Shown here piece by piece: positions 37,183 through 50,638 of a DNA stretch of 64,000 nt. Under the pieces are notes generated by a model that saw nothing but the letters and a program-made list of their open reading frames with translations, was not told where the DNA came from and searched no databases. Positions within the stretch are counted from its first letter, which is position 1; the number at the start of each line of letters is the position of its first letter. Position numbers and translations under genes: made by a program. The DNA is from Azolla caroliniana (Eukaryota > Plantae > Polypodiophyta): positions 7,130,001 through 7,194,000 of the forward strand of contig JBHGNT010000004.1 in the NCBI GenBank assembly GCA_043228905.1, read 5' to 3'.

Positions 37183-40100
37183 CCTCTCTCCATCTCCCTC
37201 TCCATCTCCCGAAATAGAAAAACTTAAAGAGGAAAACACAAACCTCAAACAACAACTTAATGACATCAAGGTATCCCGAGAGGACGGTGAAATATCCTCC
37301 ATAGAGGATATAAAAGATGAGATAAAAAAAGTTAAAGAGGAGGTTAAAAATAACATAGAGTTAGCAAAAACGGGTTGGGTAGATGTGGTTAAAAGAAACA
37401 TTAAAAAAGAAATAAAGGATGAAAATATTGTTAATACCACCCTCGAAGAGGAGAAAATGCGTTAGGCCCGACGCCTAAATGTGCGTGTCACTGGGCTCAA
37501 GGAAGGTGCATCCACGGACAAGGATGCACAAACACTCGGGAAAATGTTAGGGTACACAACGACCCCACCTATCACCAAAGCTTGGAGGGCCGGACGCGAC
37601 ACAACTAGGAAGAGAGCCTTAGTTCTTCAATTTAAAGACTTAGACTCTAGAATCACTTTCTTTAAGAAGAGACCAATTCTTCGAGGATTGGGTGGGGGCC
37701 CTATCAATCTCGATGAAGACCTCACCAAGATGCAAATTGAGCATCGCAAGAGTTGTATGCCAAAGGTTATGCAAGCTCGCAAAGATGGGCATCACGCCTT
37801 TTATCGAGATGGGCGAGTGATCATAAATGATCGCACTACTAATTGACGGCGTGTGGCCCATGTGACAGAAAACACCCTTGGGATGACCTTATGGAATTGT
37901 AACGGCGCACTCTGGACACACCCCGGCCGCCTAGGGGGGATATTAAAGGAATCGGATATAGTTTGCCTAGTAGAAACACACAAAAGCCCAAATAGGGGAC
38001 TCCCACGAGTCGAAGGATTTCGTTGGGAGTCGGCTTTTAGACAAAACTCACGTCGATGCACTACCAGGGGATTTGGAGGTGTCGCAATATTGTTTCGGAG
38101 GGAGCTACATAACAGGATAGAAATACTGAGCACAGACCCAGAAGCTCGTTTTATGTGGGTGAAAGTCTCCACAAGCAAGGACAAGGCAGTAATTTTCGCC
38201 ATTTGTTACTTCCCCCCGAAAGGCTCTCGTTATAATCTGGCTGGCGAGGCGATATTAGTTGATGATGGAGTGCCACATGGGCCTTCCCCATATGAACCTC
38301 TATCGGATGACATAATCCGATATTCTTCCCAAGGCGAAGTATTCCTTGTAGGAGACTTTAATGCGAGAACCCAATCCCGACAATGCACAATATTTCAAAT
38401 GAATAGAAACCTAGAAATGGTAAATGTCGATCCTTCAGACATAGACACCACACGTAGATCAAAGGATCAAGGTGTAGACGCCACGAGCTTTGGCCATCAT
38501 TTGCTTGAACTCGGTAGTTAGCACCAGATGGTCATATATAATGGTTTAGCCAAGTGGCCAGGTTCAGAAGAGCTCACATGTTTCCCACATGGAGGAGGGG
38601 AAAGCACAGTCGATTATCTAATAAGACGCCCTGAACCTACCCACATGATTAACTCCTTCCGAGTGGCCCCATGTCCTATTGGCACGGACCATAGTTTCTT
38701 ATACTTCGAGATAAAATGCGATATCTCTAACGTCACCAACTCTAGTCAACCACGCCATGACATCACAATACATTTCACACATGAGCTCTCTGACATATAT
38801 GCTCGACATGTTCAAGCCCATCTCTCCTCCCTTGATCCCTCCCTACCTTTAGAGAGCCTTAGTACGAAACTCACACACATCCTTCATTCTGTAGCAGTTA
38901 GCAGTTTCCCATACACGAAACACTCCAATCAAGGTAAAGTAGGATCTATGACACAAAATAGATGGTATGATGAGGATTGTAGGTGCTTACATCGACAACT
39001 TACAATATCGCAACTCAGTGGTAGTATTACCTCAGTACAAGCTCGTAAAGAAATGTGCAAGATGACACGTTGTAAGAGACGAGCATGGGAGGCATCCCAA
39101 TATTGGGAACTCTACCACATGCTCATGAGTAGCGATTGTGCCACTGCATGGAAGAGATTACGGGAACCAAGACCACAAACACCCATCGAAGATCCCGAAA
39201 CTTGGCACACTTATACAGAGAGACTTTACCACATCCCAAACCAACCACCCATTCCAATGCCTTCTACACCCCGACCTATTGTGGGGACACTCTTCACGAC
39301 CTCTAGGGTCACGAAGGTCATAAAGAAATTACAACATAGGAAGTCCATGGACCACACAGGATTGCGAGCAGAACACATCATATATGCGAGAGAGTGCCTA
39401 GCTCCCTTGCTAACTCTAATCTTCAATCGTGCCCTCGTAGAGGGTTTTCCACCACAATGGACCATGAACACAGTGGCCCCCATACATAAAGGGGGGGACC
39501 CCATGGACCCAAATACTTATAGGACCATTATGATAGGTCATACCCTTGCTAAATTATATGGTGCAGTAATGGAGGCAGAGCTTAGCGAGTATATGGAGAC
39601 CTTAAATCTTCGTGCACCTGAACAGGCTAGCTTTAGACGAGCCTTCTCCACTATTGAACATATCTTCACACTTAGATGCTTAATTGACTAGACTAAGGCT
39701 CGCAAGAAGAAACTATATTGTTGTTTTGTGGACTTCCACAAAGCCTTTGACATGGTCCCTAGAGAGCGGTTGTTTGATAGGCTTAAGAGCTTGAGGATAC
39801 CAGATGACATGGTTTGGGCCATCTACGCACTATATGAACAAGTGTCCGGGTGTGTTCGATGCCCAGGCGGCATATCCGATAGTTTCACTAGCACTATTGG
39901 TGTAAAACAAGGTTGCCCCTTATCTTCGACTCTTTTTGGGATCTACATTGATGAGGTCACAGATTTTATTGCTCGTAAGGGAGGCAATGGAGTAGTCCTT
40001 GGGGATACGCAGGTGCGTATCTTGCTCTATGCAGACGACATAGTTTTGCTCTCTGAATCCGAACACGACCTACAAAGGCACCTTAATGCCTTAGATGACT

Positions 40101-41776
40101 TTTGCACACAACGAGGATTGGTAGTGAATCTAGGGAAAACTAAAGTCCTTATCTTCCACACGTCGGCCCAAGTTAGAGCTAAGTGTCACCTAACTATCTC
40201 CCATAGCTCAGTTGAGGTGGTTGGATCATATGTCTATCTCGGAGTCACTTTCAGTGCCCGCTCAGGTAAATTTTCGATGACACAAGCAGCGAAGGATAGA
40301 CTTACAAGAGGACATGCATCCCTCTCACTCCTCGAGAGACAATGCCACCAAGCATACTTCCAAGAGCCACGAACTAAAGGGTGGCTCTTTGACTCATTAG
40401 TGACTCCCTCTCTCATGTATGCATCAACGGTTTGGGCCCCAGGACTACCATCTTTCATGTGGACGCAATTAGAGAGACCATTGGTGATGATGTTATCACG
40501 CCAACTCCGAAGCAAATCGTCGGTCCCACATGACATTATTAAGGCTGAGTTCACTCTACCCCCTATGTTAGTAGAATCACTTTTTCAACTGGTAGCCTTT
40601 ATACACAGGATACATAACCAACCACTTGATAGAATATCCCACTAAGCCTTTAAGGCTTCTCGAGCACTGTATGAGTCCGGCTATACTAGCTCATGGTATG
40701 GCATGATGGTGAGTTGGCTTCTTGCCAACAGTCTAGACATTACTAACCTCCCCCCCCTTAAGTACGACCACACGACTGATAACACTTTAATCTCTCATGA
40801 GGATCGTAATAAAGTAATACGCCAAGAAATATGGAAAATTTATACTCGGTATAAATGGATCACCCCACTAGAGCCACTCCCATCTAAAATGTCGTACTAT
40901 AAGAAACACTTTATGCACTTCTTTGAGTTAGGTTTTATCACGCGCCCAAAATATCTAGATGTATTCTTACCAAATGCACTAAGGGTTGCCATTGGTCAAC
41001 TTAGAATATCATCTCACCAACTTGAGATTGAGAATGGACGTACTAATGGAGTCCCTAGGGAGGAAAGGATATGTAGGTTATGCCACATAGAGATAGAGGA
41101 TGAGTACCATTTTACATGCAAATGCCCCACCTATGGCGAGATAAGGGCAAAATACCAAGCCATACTTGGTTCCTCTCCCACCCTCCCTAAACTATTAGAT
41201 ACACTAGATATAAAGAAATTAGGTAGATACATCTTAGAATTGAAACAACACAGAGAGAATAAATTACAAAACGTTGATAATAATGTTGCTAATGTTTACC
41301 AACATATAACAAATGAAGTTTTTCAGGAACAGGGGGAGACAATGAATGTCGACACACCTGCACCACTCAGACTTTTCCTTGATGAAGCAGAAAATCAAAG
41401 AAGAACCAAACGCCCTCGGATGCCGGGTTTCAAAGCAACTCGACGAGATGTAGAAGCAATAAAGAAAATAAGGGAACGTGAACTACACCGCCTAGAAGCC
41501 ATGGCTAGGGCACTCTATGCATCGGGACCATGGGTCACACCCACACCAAAAACTTTTGACCTCCCACTTCTTTTTGAGAGACTTGGGTGGAAATGAGATT
41601 AGGCTTAGTGCAAAGTTTTGTACACTACTAGAACTTTCTTAGCTTAAGCTATTTTCTTTTATTTTAGTTTTGATGATTGGATAAACACTCATTTTTGTTG
41701 TAACCTATTTGTCTCATGGGCCAAATTTGGCCTTAGAAGACGTTAATATATCTTTCTTTCTTTCTTTCTTTCTTTC
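37183..41776 (+). mobile_element. Non-L1 LINE (RTEX-like), ORF1 5'-truncated, inserted in the (CT)n tract of the LTR
   Basis: Coiled-coil ORF1 to 37846; ORF2 with APE endonuclease (GDFNAR, DH), RT (KQGCPLS, YADD), C-terminal CRLC..EDEYHF..C; 3' tail (TCTT)n 41751-41776. Confidence 0.88.
37853..41596 (+). pseudogene. LINE ORF2 (APE-RT-zinc finger), single frame with several nonsense stops
   Basis: ORF-track pieces 37853, 38528, 39728 and 40703 are all in the same frame, separated only by in-frame stops. Confidence 0.88.
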
Positions 41777-44678
41777 TCTCTCTCTCTCTCTCAGTCTTGA
41801 CAGTTTGAACCAAAATTTTCTTTCCTCCCTCATTTCTTTCTATTCCAAGAACCTTAATAAGTTTCCTTCTTTCTTTTCCTCTTCCCTTGTAAGATATGGA
41901 GTCCGTGAGGAAACAAGAATATATGCGCGTCCTTTCTGAGCTCGACATGCCCACGAATAAATTTGTGGCACTAGAGCAAGAAAATCAAAGGCTACTCGGG
42001 AACCTACAACATGTGAGTACCGAGAAAGTGCAACAATATGAAGAGTTGTCACAACGGGTTCGCCAACTTGAGGCTACTATATTATTATTACGAGAACAAG
42101 CGTCGGGGGTTCAAAACTACCCCAAAGAACCGAAGATTAGCCTCCCTGCCAAGTTTGATGGTACGAGGTCTCTATTTCGAGGCTTCTTGAATCAAGTACG
42201 TTTGGTTATTCAGTTATATCCCAATTGATACCCAATGGAAGCTGCTCGTGTGGGATTAGTAGGAACCTTGCTAAGAGGTACAACACTAGCATGGTTTGCA
42301 CAACTCCTCAAGAAGAAAGCACCGTTGTTGGAGGATTTTGAGGTGTTTGTTAAGGTGTTTCAAGCGAGCTTCGGAGATACTGACAACACTAGGACGGCAA
42401 TAAACAAGATTCGAAGGCTTCGACAAGGAGATCGTCTCGCATCGGCTTATGCAGCCAATTTCCGTCTCTTGGCATGCGATATCCCTTGGGATGAGGCGGC
42501 TCTAATTGATCAATTCCGTCAAGGTTTGCGTAATGATGTCAAAGATCTTCTTCTTACCTTTCATGAAGATCCAAAATCTCTACAGAGGTAATTAGTCGAG
42601 CTGTGCGATGTGATAATCGCCTATTTGAGCGATGCTCGGAGCGCCAACAAATGTTGCGCCGTCAACCGGAACAAACGTATGCTTCTATAGTCGCAACGCC
42701 TCCGCAAGTTTCTAGACCCATCACGAGGGATGACCCAACTCCAATGGAAATAGATTCAACACAACGTCGGGGGCCCTTATCGGATGCTGAGAAGCAACGA
42801 TGTCGAGCACACCGCTTATGTCTATATTGTGGGGGTCCAAGACATATAGCCGTGAATTGTCCACATAAACCTAGACGTCAAGTATACCAAGTAAGTGCAC
42901 AAGACAACCCTACTTCAAGCTCCATTATTACTTCTAATAACATAAGTAAGCCTAGTAGTCCATGCCATGAGAATAGATTCGATGTCTTGAGCCAATTAGA
43001 GGATGTGTTAAACAAGTAAGTTCGGCCAAAATAGGAGCCATTTGGTTGGACAACCATAGATATCTAGAGTTAGTTCCTAGTCGTGGTTCCATTTCATCAA
43101 ATCAAGTTAGTCGAGTTTTTTCTTTACAAGTTGAGCTTAGCACATCTACTTGTCATCGAGTCCTAGCCTCTATCCTCTTAGATTCTGGAGCAAACTCTTG
43201 TTTCATGGACCGTGACTTTGCATTGACACAAAACATCCTCTTGAATAGCCTCCCTAACCCAATATCCATAGAAGTCATCGATGGCCGTCCCATAGCATCA
43301 AGTGATATAGTCGAAGAGTCCGAGCCAATTCGTGTAGTCCTTGGTGATTTGGTAAGCATAATAATCTCTTTCAACATTATTCGTAGTCCAAAACATTATC
43401 GGAGCTGGACGTCCAATTACCAAAAAAATATAAAGAGTTTTCAGACGTCTTTGATAAGGTGAAGGCAAATACACTGCCAGAGCATAGGCCATACGACTGC
43501 CCTATTAACTTACAACCAGGTTAAGAACCGCCATGGGGGCCAATTTATAATCTATCACTTGTAGAGCTAGAGACTTTGCGGGAATATATTGATGAGCATC
43601 TGGCAAATAGATTCATCTGGCATTCTAGATCCCCTGCTGGTGCACCTATCTTCTTCGTTAAGAAGAAATAAGGGTCTCTTCGGTTGGTCGTGGATTATCG
43701 AGGGCTGAACAAAGTGACTATCCGGAATAGATATGCTCCACCATTGATCTCGAACCTTTTAGAACGTCTCAATGGAGCAAAATACTTCACAAAATTGTAT
43801 CTTCGCGGTGCATACAATCTAGTTCGGATTCGTCCAGGGGATGAATGGAAAACTGCTTTTCACACTCGTTATGGACATTTCGAGTATACCGTGATGCCAT
43901 TCGGTCTCACAAAGGCGCCTGCATTGTTCCAGCATATGGCAAATGATATTTTTCGAGATTTTCTCGATATCTTCACTATAGTTTACCTGGACGACATTTT
44001 GATCTACTCGAAGACTGAAGAGGAGCATGATAAACATTTTCGTCAGGTATTACGTCGACTACGAGAATATGGTCGAGCTACGCAAAATTAGAAAAGTGTA
44101 GTTTCGGCCAGAATCAAGTGGAGTTTTTGGGGTATGGTGTATCATCAACTGGTATCTCTATGGACCCAATGAAGGTTCAAACAATTTTAGATTGATAAAC
44201 ACCCCTTTCAGTGCGTGATGTACAACGTTTTCTCGGGTTTGCAAATTTTTATCGGAAATTCATTAAAAATTATTCCAAGGTCGCGCTTCCGCTCACCCGA
44301 CTCACACACAAAAATCAACCATCATATGGAATTCAGAGGTGACCGAGGCGTTCGAAAGTTTAAAACGAGCATTTACAACAACGCCCATTTTGGCTCATGT
44401 TGATCCCAAGAAACACTTCATCCTTGAAGCTGATGCGTCCGACTTTGTATTAGGAAGTGTTTTATCGCAAACTAGAGATGACGGGCAACTACATCCTATT
44501 GCTTTTCATTCCCGAAAATTTGAAAATGTAGAGATTAACTACGAGATCCATGACAAAGAGCTTCTGGCAATTGTGGATTCTTTTAAACATTTTCTGGAAG
44601 GTTTTTCTCAGCAGATCATTGTCTACAATGATCACAAGAACCTAACATATTTCCAAAATGCTCGAGTCTTAAGTTGGC

Positions 44679-45200
44679 TGTTGTAGGTTTTAGGGTTAGG
44701 GTAAAGGATGATGATAATCATGATGATTGATGATAAAGATAGACATGGTGGGTGTGATGATGATGGAGAGTATGATGGTGAGAGAGATCATGAAGAGGTT
44801 GAGAATCATTGAGAAGCATTGCGGGGTGGGGGGTGGTGCCTAGAATGGCTCCACCCCCCACCCAAGGGGGTTCAACGTTAAGAGGAGGGAAGAGAGAGAG
44901 AAAGAGATGAAAAGAGAGATAGATAGAGAGAAATGATTCATTCATTCATTCATTCCCCGTAAGGGGTTAAATAGTACAAGAGGGGGTTAGATACAAAGGG
45001 ATGTAAGCCCCCTAGAGCATTCATACTGGACACTCACTCACACCTCCTCGTATCCATCCACATGCACACACGTGTGCATGTGTTCACATACGTATCGACT
45101 CACAATTACATTTATGCCCCCTACACACACACAACATCATGATAACATTCGACCCTCACTCATCACACTTGACTCTCCGTACATCTCGTACGTGGTAACA
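44679..45200. mobile_element. Solo LTR inserted in the chromovirus RNase H region
   Basis: TGTTG...TAACA termini; perfect TSD TTGGC (44674-44678, 45201-45205). Confidence 0.88.
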
Positions 45201-45263
45201 TTGGCGACAAGCTCGTTGGACGCAATTTTTGACTCACTTCGACTTTGTAATCATATATTGCCT

Positions 45264-45827
45264 AGGGATGCAGCAAGGAAAAGCGGATGCTCTTTCTCAA
45301 CTCTCTTATATGGAACTTCGTCTTGGAGAACCAGCTTTTGAGCATAAAAAACAAATCCTTTTGGGTCCAAATCGCCTACGATTAATGGCAATTAATTCCA
45401 TAACCACACCCAAGGATTCCACTCTTCTTGATTCCATTTGATATCATATGGCTACTAATGTGTTCGTGAAAGATGTTTTGGATCATATCATCCCGGATCG
45501 TGCTTCTTGCTTGAAGTCACAAAACCCTCGTACTGAGTATAGGCCAGGGATGCAGCAAGGAAAAGCGGATGCTCTTTCTCAACTCTCTTATATGGAACTT
45601 CGTCCTGGAGAACCAGCTTTTGAGCATAAAAAACAAATTCTTTTGGGTCCAAATCGCCTACGATTAATGGCAGTTAATTCCATAACCACACCCAAGGATT
45701 CCACTCTTCTTGATTCCATTCGATATCATATGGCTACTAATGTGTTCGTGAAAGATGTTTTGGATCATATCATCCCGGATCGTGCTTCTTGCTTGAAGTC
45801 ACAAAACCCTCGTACTGGGTATAGGCA
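45264..45827. repeat. 282-bp in-frame tandem duplication in chromovirus pol
   Basis: Peptide GMQQGKADALSQLSYMELR...KSQNPRT is encoded twice. Confidence 0.9.
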
Positions 45828-47545
45828 GTTCTATTAGCATGGTGGTTTTCTGTTTCGACAAAACCTACTGTATGTTCCTGATGGTTCCCCACGCTTGCAA
45901 GTCTTACAACATTGTCATGACACACCAATGGCTGGACATTTTGGAGTCGCCAAAACTCTATAATTAGTTTCTTGGAAATATTGGTGGCCCCGACTTCGTC
46001 ATTTTGTGGAGGAGTATGTCCGAAGTTGTGATACATGTTGTCGGTCAAAGAGTCCTCGACACCGATCATATGGGTTACTACAACCACTTCCAATTCCTGA
46101 AAATCCTTGGAAGTCTATATCCTTGGATTTCATTACTGATCTCCCAGTTTTGAGGGGTTTTGATACCATTCTGACCGTAGTCGATCGACTTACCAAAATG
46201 ACACATTTTTTGCCATGTACAAAGTCTATTACTAGTCAAGAGTCAATGGATCTAGTTATGCAGGAGGTGTTCAAGCATCATGGTCTCCCAAACGATATTA
46301 TTAAAGATCGAGGTTCACAATTCATCTCAAAGTTTTGGAAGCACATGTTAAAACTTCTCCGAGTTTTGGCTAAGATTTCTTCGGCCTACCATCTAGAGAC
46401 TAATGGCCAAACTGAGCATACCAACTAGACTTTGGAGCAATATCTTCGTTGTTTCATCAACTATCAACAGGATGATTGGGTTGATTTTCTACACTTTGCG
46501 GAATTCGCTTATAACAACTCAGTCCATTCGTCTACAGGATATTTGCCATTTTTCGCAAATCCGGGTTCTCATCCTCATTGGACGATGACTGAACACCTCA
46601 GAGTTCCTATCAACCCTGCTGTTGCGGATCATCTCAGTCGTCTCCAAGAAATTCACGCTACCATTCTCCACAATTTGTGTGATGCTCAAAGTACATACAA
46701 GAGGATTGCGGACCGTCATCGCCTAGACTCCTCAGAAATGTTTCGTACGAGATCATTGGTAAGATAAGCGATGTTGCATTTCGTCTTGGCCTCCCTCCTC
46801 ACATGCATCTTCACCCCGTGTTTCAATTCCGGGCCGTCTTACAACTCCCCCACCACCTGTAGAGTTTTTGGAAGAATCGGAATTTGAGGTTGCTACCATT
46901 CTCGATTCCAAGATCGTGCGCAACAAGTTGTATTACTTGGTCCATTGGTTAGGCTATACACCCAATGATCGAACTTGGGGACTTGCAACAAATCTTGTCA
47001 ATGCTGCGGACATGGTCATCGAATTTCATTGACAATATCCTCATAAGCCAGGTCCTAGTTCAACCCATACAACCCATGATACGGGTCGTCGAAAAAGGGG
47101 GGTAGATTCATGATGACACTTACATACGATTTGGGTTTACAATGAATCAAACCCACAACCTTGTTATATATGTGTCGAGTTCTTAACCATTGTAATGATA
47201 TATTTATGTGTAAAGAATTTATAAACTATATAGAATATCATAAAGTATTCTAGAGTACTCTATGTTCTAGAATGTTCTAGAATATTCGAGAGTGCTCTAT
47301 TGTCTAGAACATTCTAGAATATTCTAGCATAATCTTTTTTCTAAGATTTTCTAGAATACCCTATTAAGACTTATAAATATGCATCTAATTATAAGGGATG
47401 AACCAATTTGGTTCAACGCCATTCTAGAGCTCCCTTGTTGCTTATTGTATTCCATCTTCTAGTGCAATACATTATCTTTACAATATACTCTATCTCTCTC
47501 TTAGTCTTGACAGTATCTTCTAGTGCGATACATTATCTTTACAAT

Positions 47546-47584
<39 letters not shown>

Positions 47585-48527
47585 GTCTTGACACTATCAA
47601 ACAAATTTGAAGTCCTTAGTCAACCATAAGAAGAGTTAAACGACTAAGTCCAGTCAAAATAGGAGCCGTTTGGTTGGATAGCCCTAGATCTGTGCAGCCC
47701 ATTAGTGGTTCCATTCCCTCTAAGCAAGCTAGCAATGTCTTCCTAGCTTAAGTAACAATTAGTACTAAAAGTAACCCTCCAGTGCATGTATTAGCACTCC
47801 CAGATTCCGGAACCAATTCTTGCTTCATGGATAAGAATTTTGCCCAACCTCTTTAGATATCCCTAAGAAAATTCCCTTGCCCAGCTTCTATAGTAGTCAT
47901 TGATGGTCACCCCATTGCTTCTGGAAATATCATAGAAGAGTAAGAGCCGATTAGTGTTGTCCTAAACAATTTGGCATGTGTAGTATCATTAATACAATTA
48001 GTAGTCCAGAGCATCCAATTGTTTTGGGGTTACCATGGTTCGAATTACACAATTTGGATATAGATCGGAGAACAAGAGAAATATGGTATCGAGAATCTTG
48101 AGAATATACTCACAAGGTTTCAACCATTTCACTACATCAATTGTGTGAGAAAGGACGCAAGTAATCAACATTTGTATTCACAGTATCACTGAAACTTTCC
48201 AACAACGCTAAGGAGGAGTGAACAATTCAACTTCCAAAGACGTATCATCAATATGCCGACATTTTTGATGAGGTAAAAGCTAGTAAAAGAGCCATCGTGG
48301 GGACCGATCTACAACTTGTCACCAACCGAGCTTGAAGTTCTTTGAGCCTACATAGAGGAAAATTTGGCAAATGGGTTCATTCGACATTCGAAATCTCTAG
48401 TTGGCGCACCTATTTTCTTCGTCAAGAAAAAAGATGGCTCACTTCGTCTAGTCTTGGATTTCCGTGGCTTGAATAAGGTCACCATTAGGAATAGGTATGC
48501 ACTTCACCTGATCTCGAATCTTTTCGA

Positions 48528-50638
48528 GGATGTGCGGTTTGGTGGGGGTGGATGTCGTGAAGATTTTCAGCAATGTTGTGAAAATTGCAAGGAACATATA
48601 AAATCGAGTGTGGTTCTTCACACACGATATAAAACAATAATAATAAAGATAATATTTTAGATTAGTTTAATATGTTGGTATGAAAAGATGGATGTCTTCA
48701 AGAGCTTCCGAATGCATTTTACTACATGTGAAACAGACAATTAAGTGTCAAGTTATGTGAGTGTAAAGTTTGAGAAGAAGAGGAAAACAAAACTGTGAGA
48801 TATCCCATATAGATAGGACAAATCAGGATTCCAGAGTATATAAGTAGAGCCATATCTCTTTATGTTATATCTATGTGTTTAGAGCATATAAAAGTTGTGA
48901 TGTGAAACGGACAACTAAGTGTCAAGTTATGTGAGTGTGAAGTTTGAGAAGAAGAAGAGGAAAACAAAATTGTGAGATATCCCACATAAATAGGACAAAT
49001 CAGGATTCCAGAGTATATAAGTAGAGCCATATCTCTTTATGTTATATCTATGTGTTTAGAGAATATAAAGGTTGTGGGGTGTATGACTTAGATGAATGGA
49101 TGCGGCCAAGTTATTCAAATAGGGTTCCGGACGGAACTAGACCAGATGCGGATCAGACAGGTCGGATAGGTGGATCGCGATGCACAGTGTCTTGAAGATT
49201 TCTCGGTGTGAAACGAACAAAATTGTCTATAGGTTCATTGGAGGTTGACTAAAGGTGTAATATGCAGTTAAACATTTGTAAATACAAGACTAAAGCCTTG
49301 TAAAATTTTGTCTTTACAGGGTGTAAGTAAGAATTTGAACCTTGCACCTCCTAGATAAGAGCAACATGACTTACCACTAAGCTAAATCATGACTTCAAAG
49401 TTATATTTTTATCATTGAACTTTTCATATGTAAAATCTCATACATAAGAGCCTTGTAAAAGCCTTGTAAAATTTTTTCTTTACAGGGTGTAAGTAAGAAT
49501 TTGAACCTTTCACCTCCTAGATAAGAGCAACATGACTTACCACTAAGCTAAATCATGACTTCATAGTTATACTTTTATCATTGTACTTTTCATATGTAAA
49601 ATCTCATACATAAGAGCTTGGATGAGTGACATGGCAAACATGCATTGCATGCATTTCATGCATTACGTGAATGTCTTGCACCCTCACATGCATCATATGC
49701 ATGGGGCCATCTATAAAAGAATGGAGGAATCAAGCAAGAGGGGACTAAGGAAGAAATTGGGAAGAAATTAATAATAATAATAAAAAATCAAGTTATCCTA
49801 ATGGTGATGTATCTTGTCTCTCAAATCTAAAGTCAAGCGTTATATCTTTATCTCAATCTCTCTCTCTCTCTCTCTCCATATCAATCTCTCTTAATCTATC
49901 TTAAATACTTTCTTGCTAAAGCTAGTACAAACTTCGAATCCTTCCGGTCCAGGACCTTGGTGGTTCCGCCTCACGATCCACACATAGTGACGGATTTTCA
50001 CAACATAATAAATTGGTGAACCCGACGTGAAAGAGGCGGTAGGAAGGATCAAGTTGAGGATCGACTGATACTTGGAGATGGCGTCCTCAAGCAATCAAGC
50101 GGGAGAGTTCGGAAGGATGATGCTAATCGTCGAACAAATGATGAGATCTCAGGACCACGATGCGAGTGTGGAGAAGGCTGTTAATCGTGTCGTGGAGCTC
50201 GAGGGTCAATTTGATGGAAGGAACATTACGAAGTTCCTTGATGCATACAGAAGGGAGATAAATCAGAGAGACGTGTCTGAAGCGCATCAAATCACAAGTT
50301 TCAAGAGAGTGGTCGCCAACTTCGAATCCTTTCGGTCCAGGACCCTGGCGGTTCCACCTCACGATTCGCACATAGTGACGGATTTTGACATCATAATAAA
50401 TTGGTGAACCCAACGTGAAAGAGGCGGTAGGAAGGATCAAGTCGAGGATCGACCGATACTTGGAGATGGCGTCCTCAAGCAATCAAGCGAGAGAGTTCGA
50501 AAGGATGATGCTAATCGTCGAACAAATGATGAGATCTCGGGACCACGATGCGAGTGTGGAGAAGGCTGTCGACCGTGTCGTGGAGTTCGAGGGTTAATTT
50601 GATGGAAGGAACATTACGAAGTTCCTTGATGCATACAG
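48528..50638 (+). mobile_element. tRNA-Trp gypsy relative: PPT, 1453-bp LTR, PBS and gag start
   Basis: PPT block 48528-48552 matches 32731-32755; LTR TGTCGTGAAGA 48553 to TTTTCACAACA 50005; PBS 50014-50030; gag peptide GQFDGRNITKFLDAY; internal tandem duplications of ~173 and ~166 bp. Confidence 0.82.
49930..50638. repeat. 388-bp tandem duplication of LTR end + PBS + gag start
   Basis: AACTTCGAATCCTTYCGGTCCAGGACC at 49930 and 50318; second PBS at ~50402. Confidence 0.85.

Larger units (their letters stand above)
36729..47593 (+). mobile_element. Full-length degenerate chromovirus (Tcn1-like) copy B
   Basis: TSD CTATC (36724-36728, 47594-47598); 5' LTR 36729-41802 split by a LINE; 3' LTR ~47106-47593; gag from 41896, protease LLDSGAN, RT YLDD, RNase H, integrase, chromodomain EFEVATILDSKIVRNKLYYLVHWLGY ~46880-46980. 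Confidence 0.92.
36037..48527 (+). mobile_element. Chromoviral (Tcn1-like) gypsy copy A fragment, split by copy B
   Basis: gag (FGDTNSIRTAINEIQRLCQG, CLYCGGLGH) 36037-36728; resumes at 47594 with protease (DSGTNSCFMD) and RT start ([16 protein letters not shown]). Confidence 0.75.
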
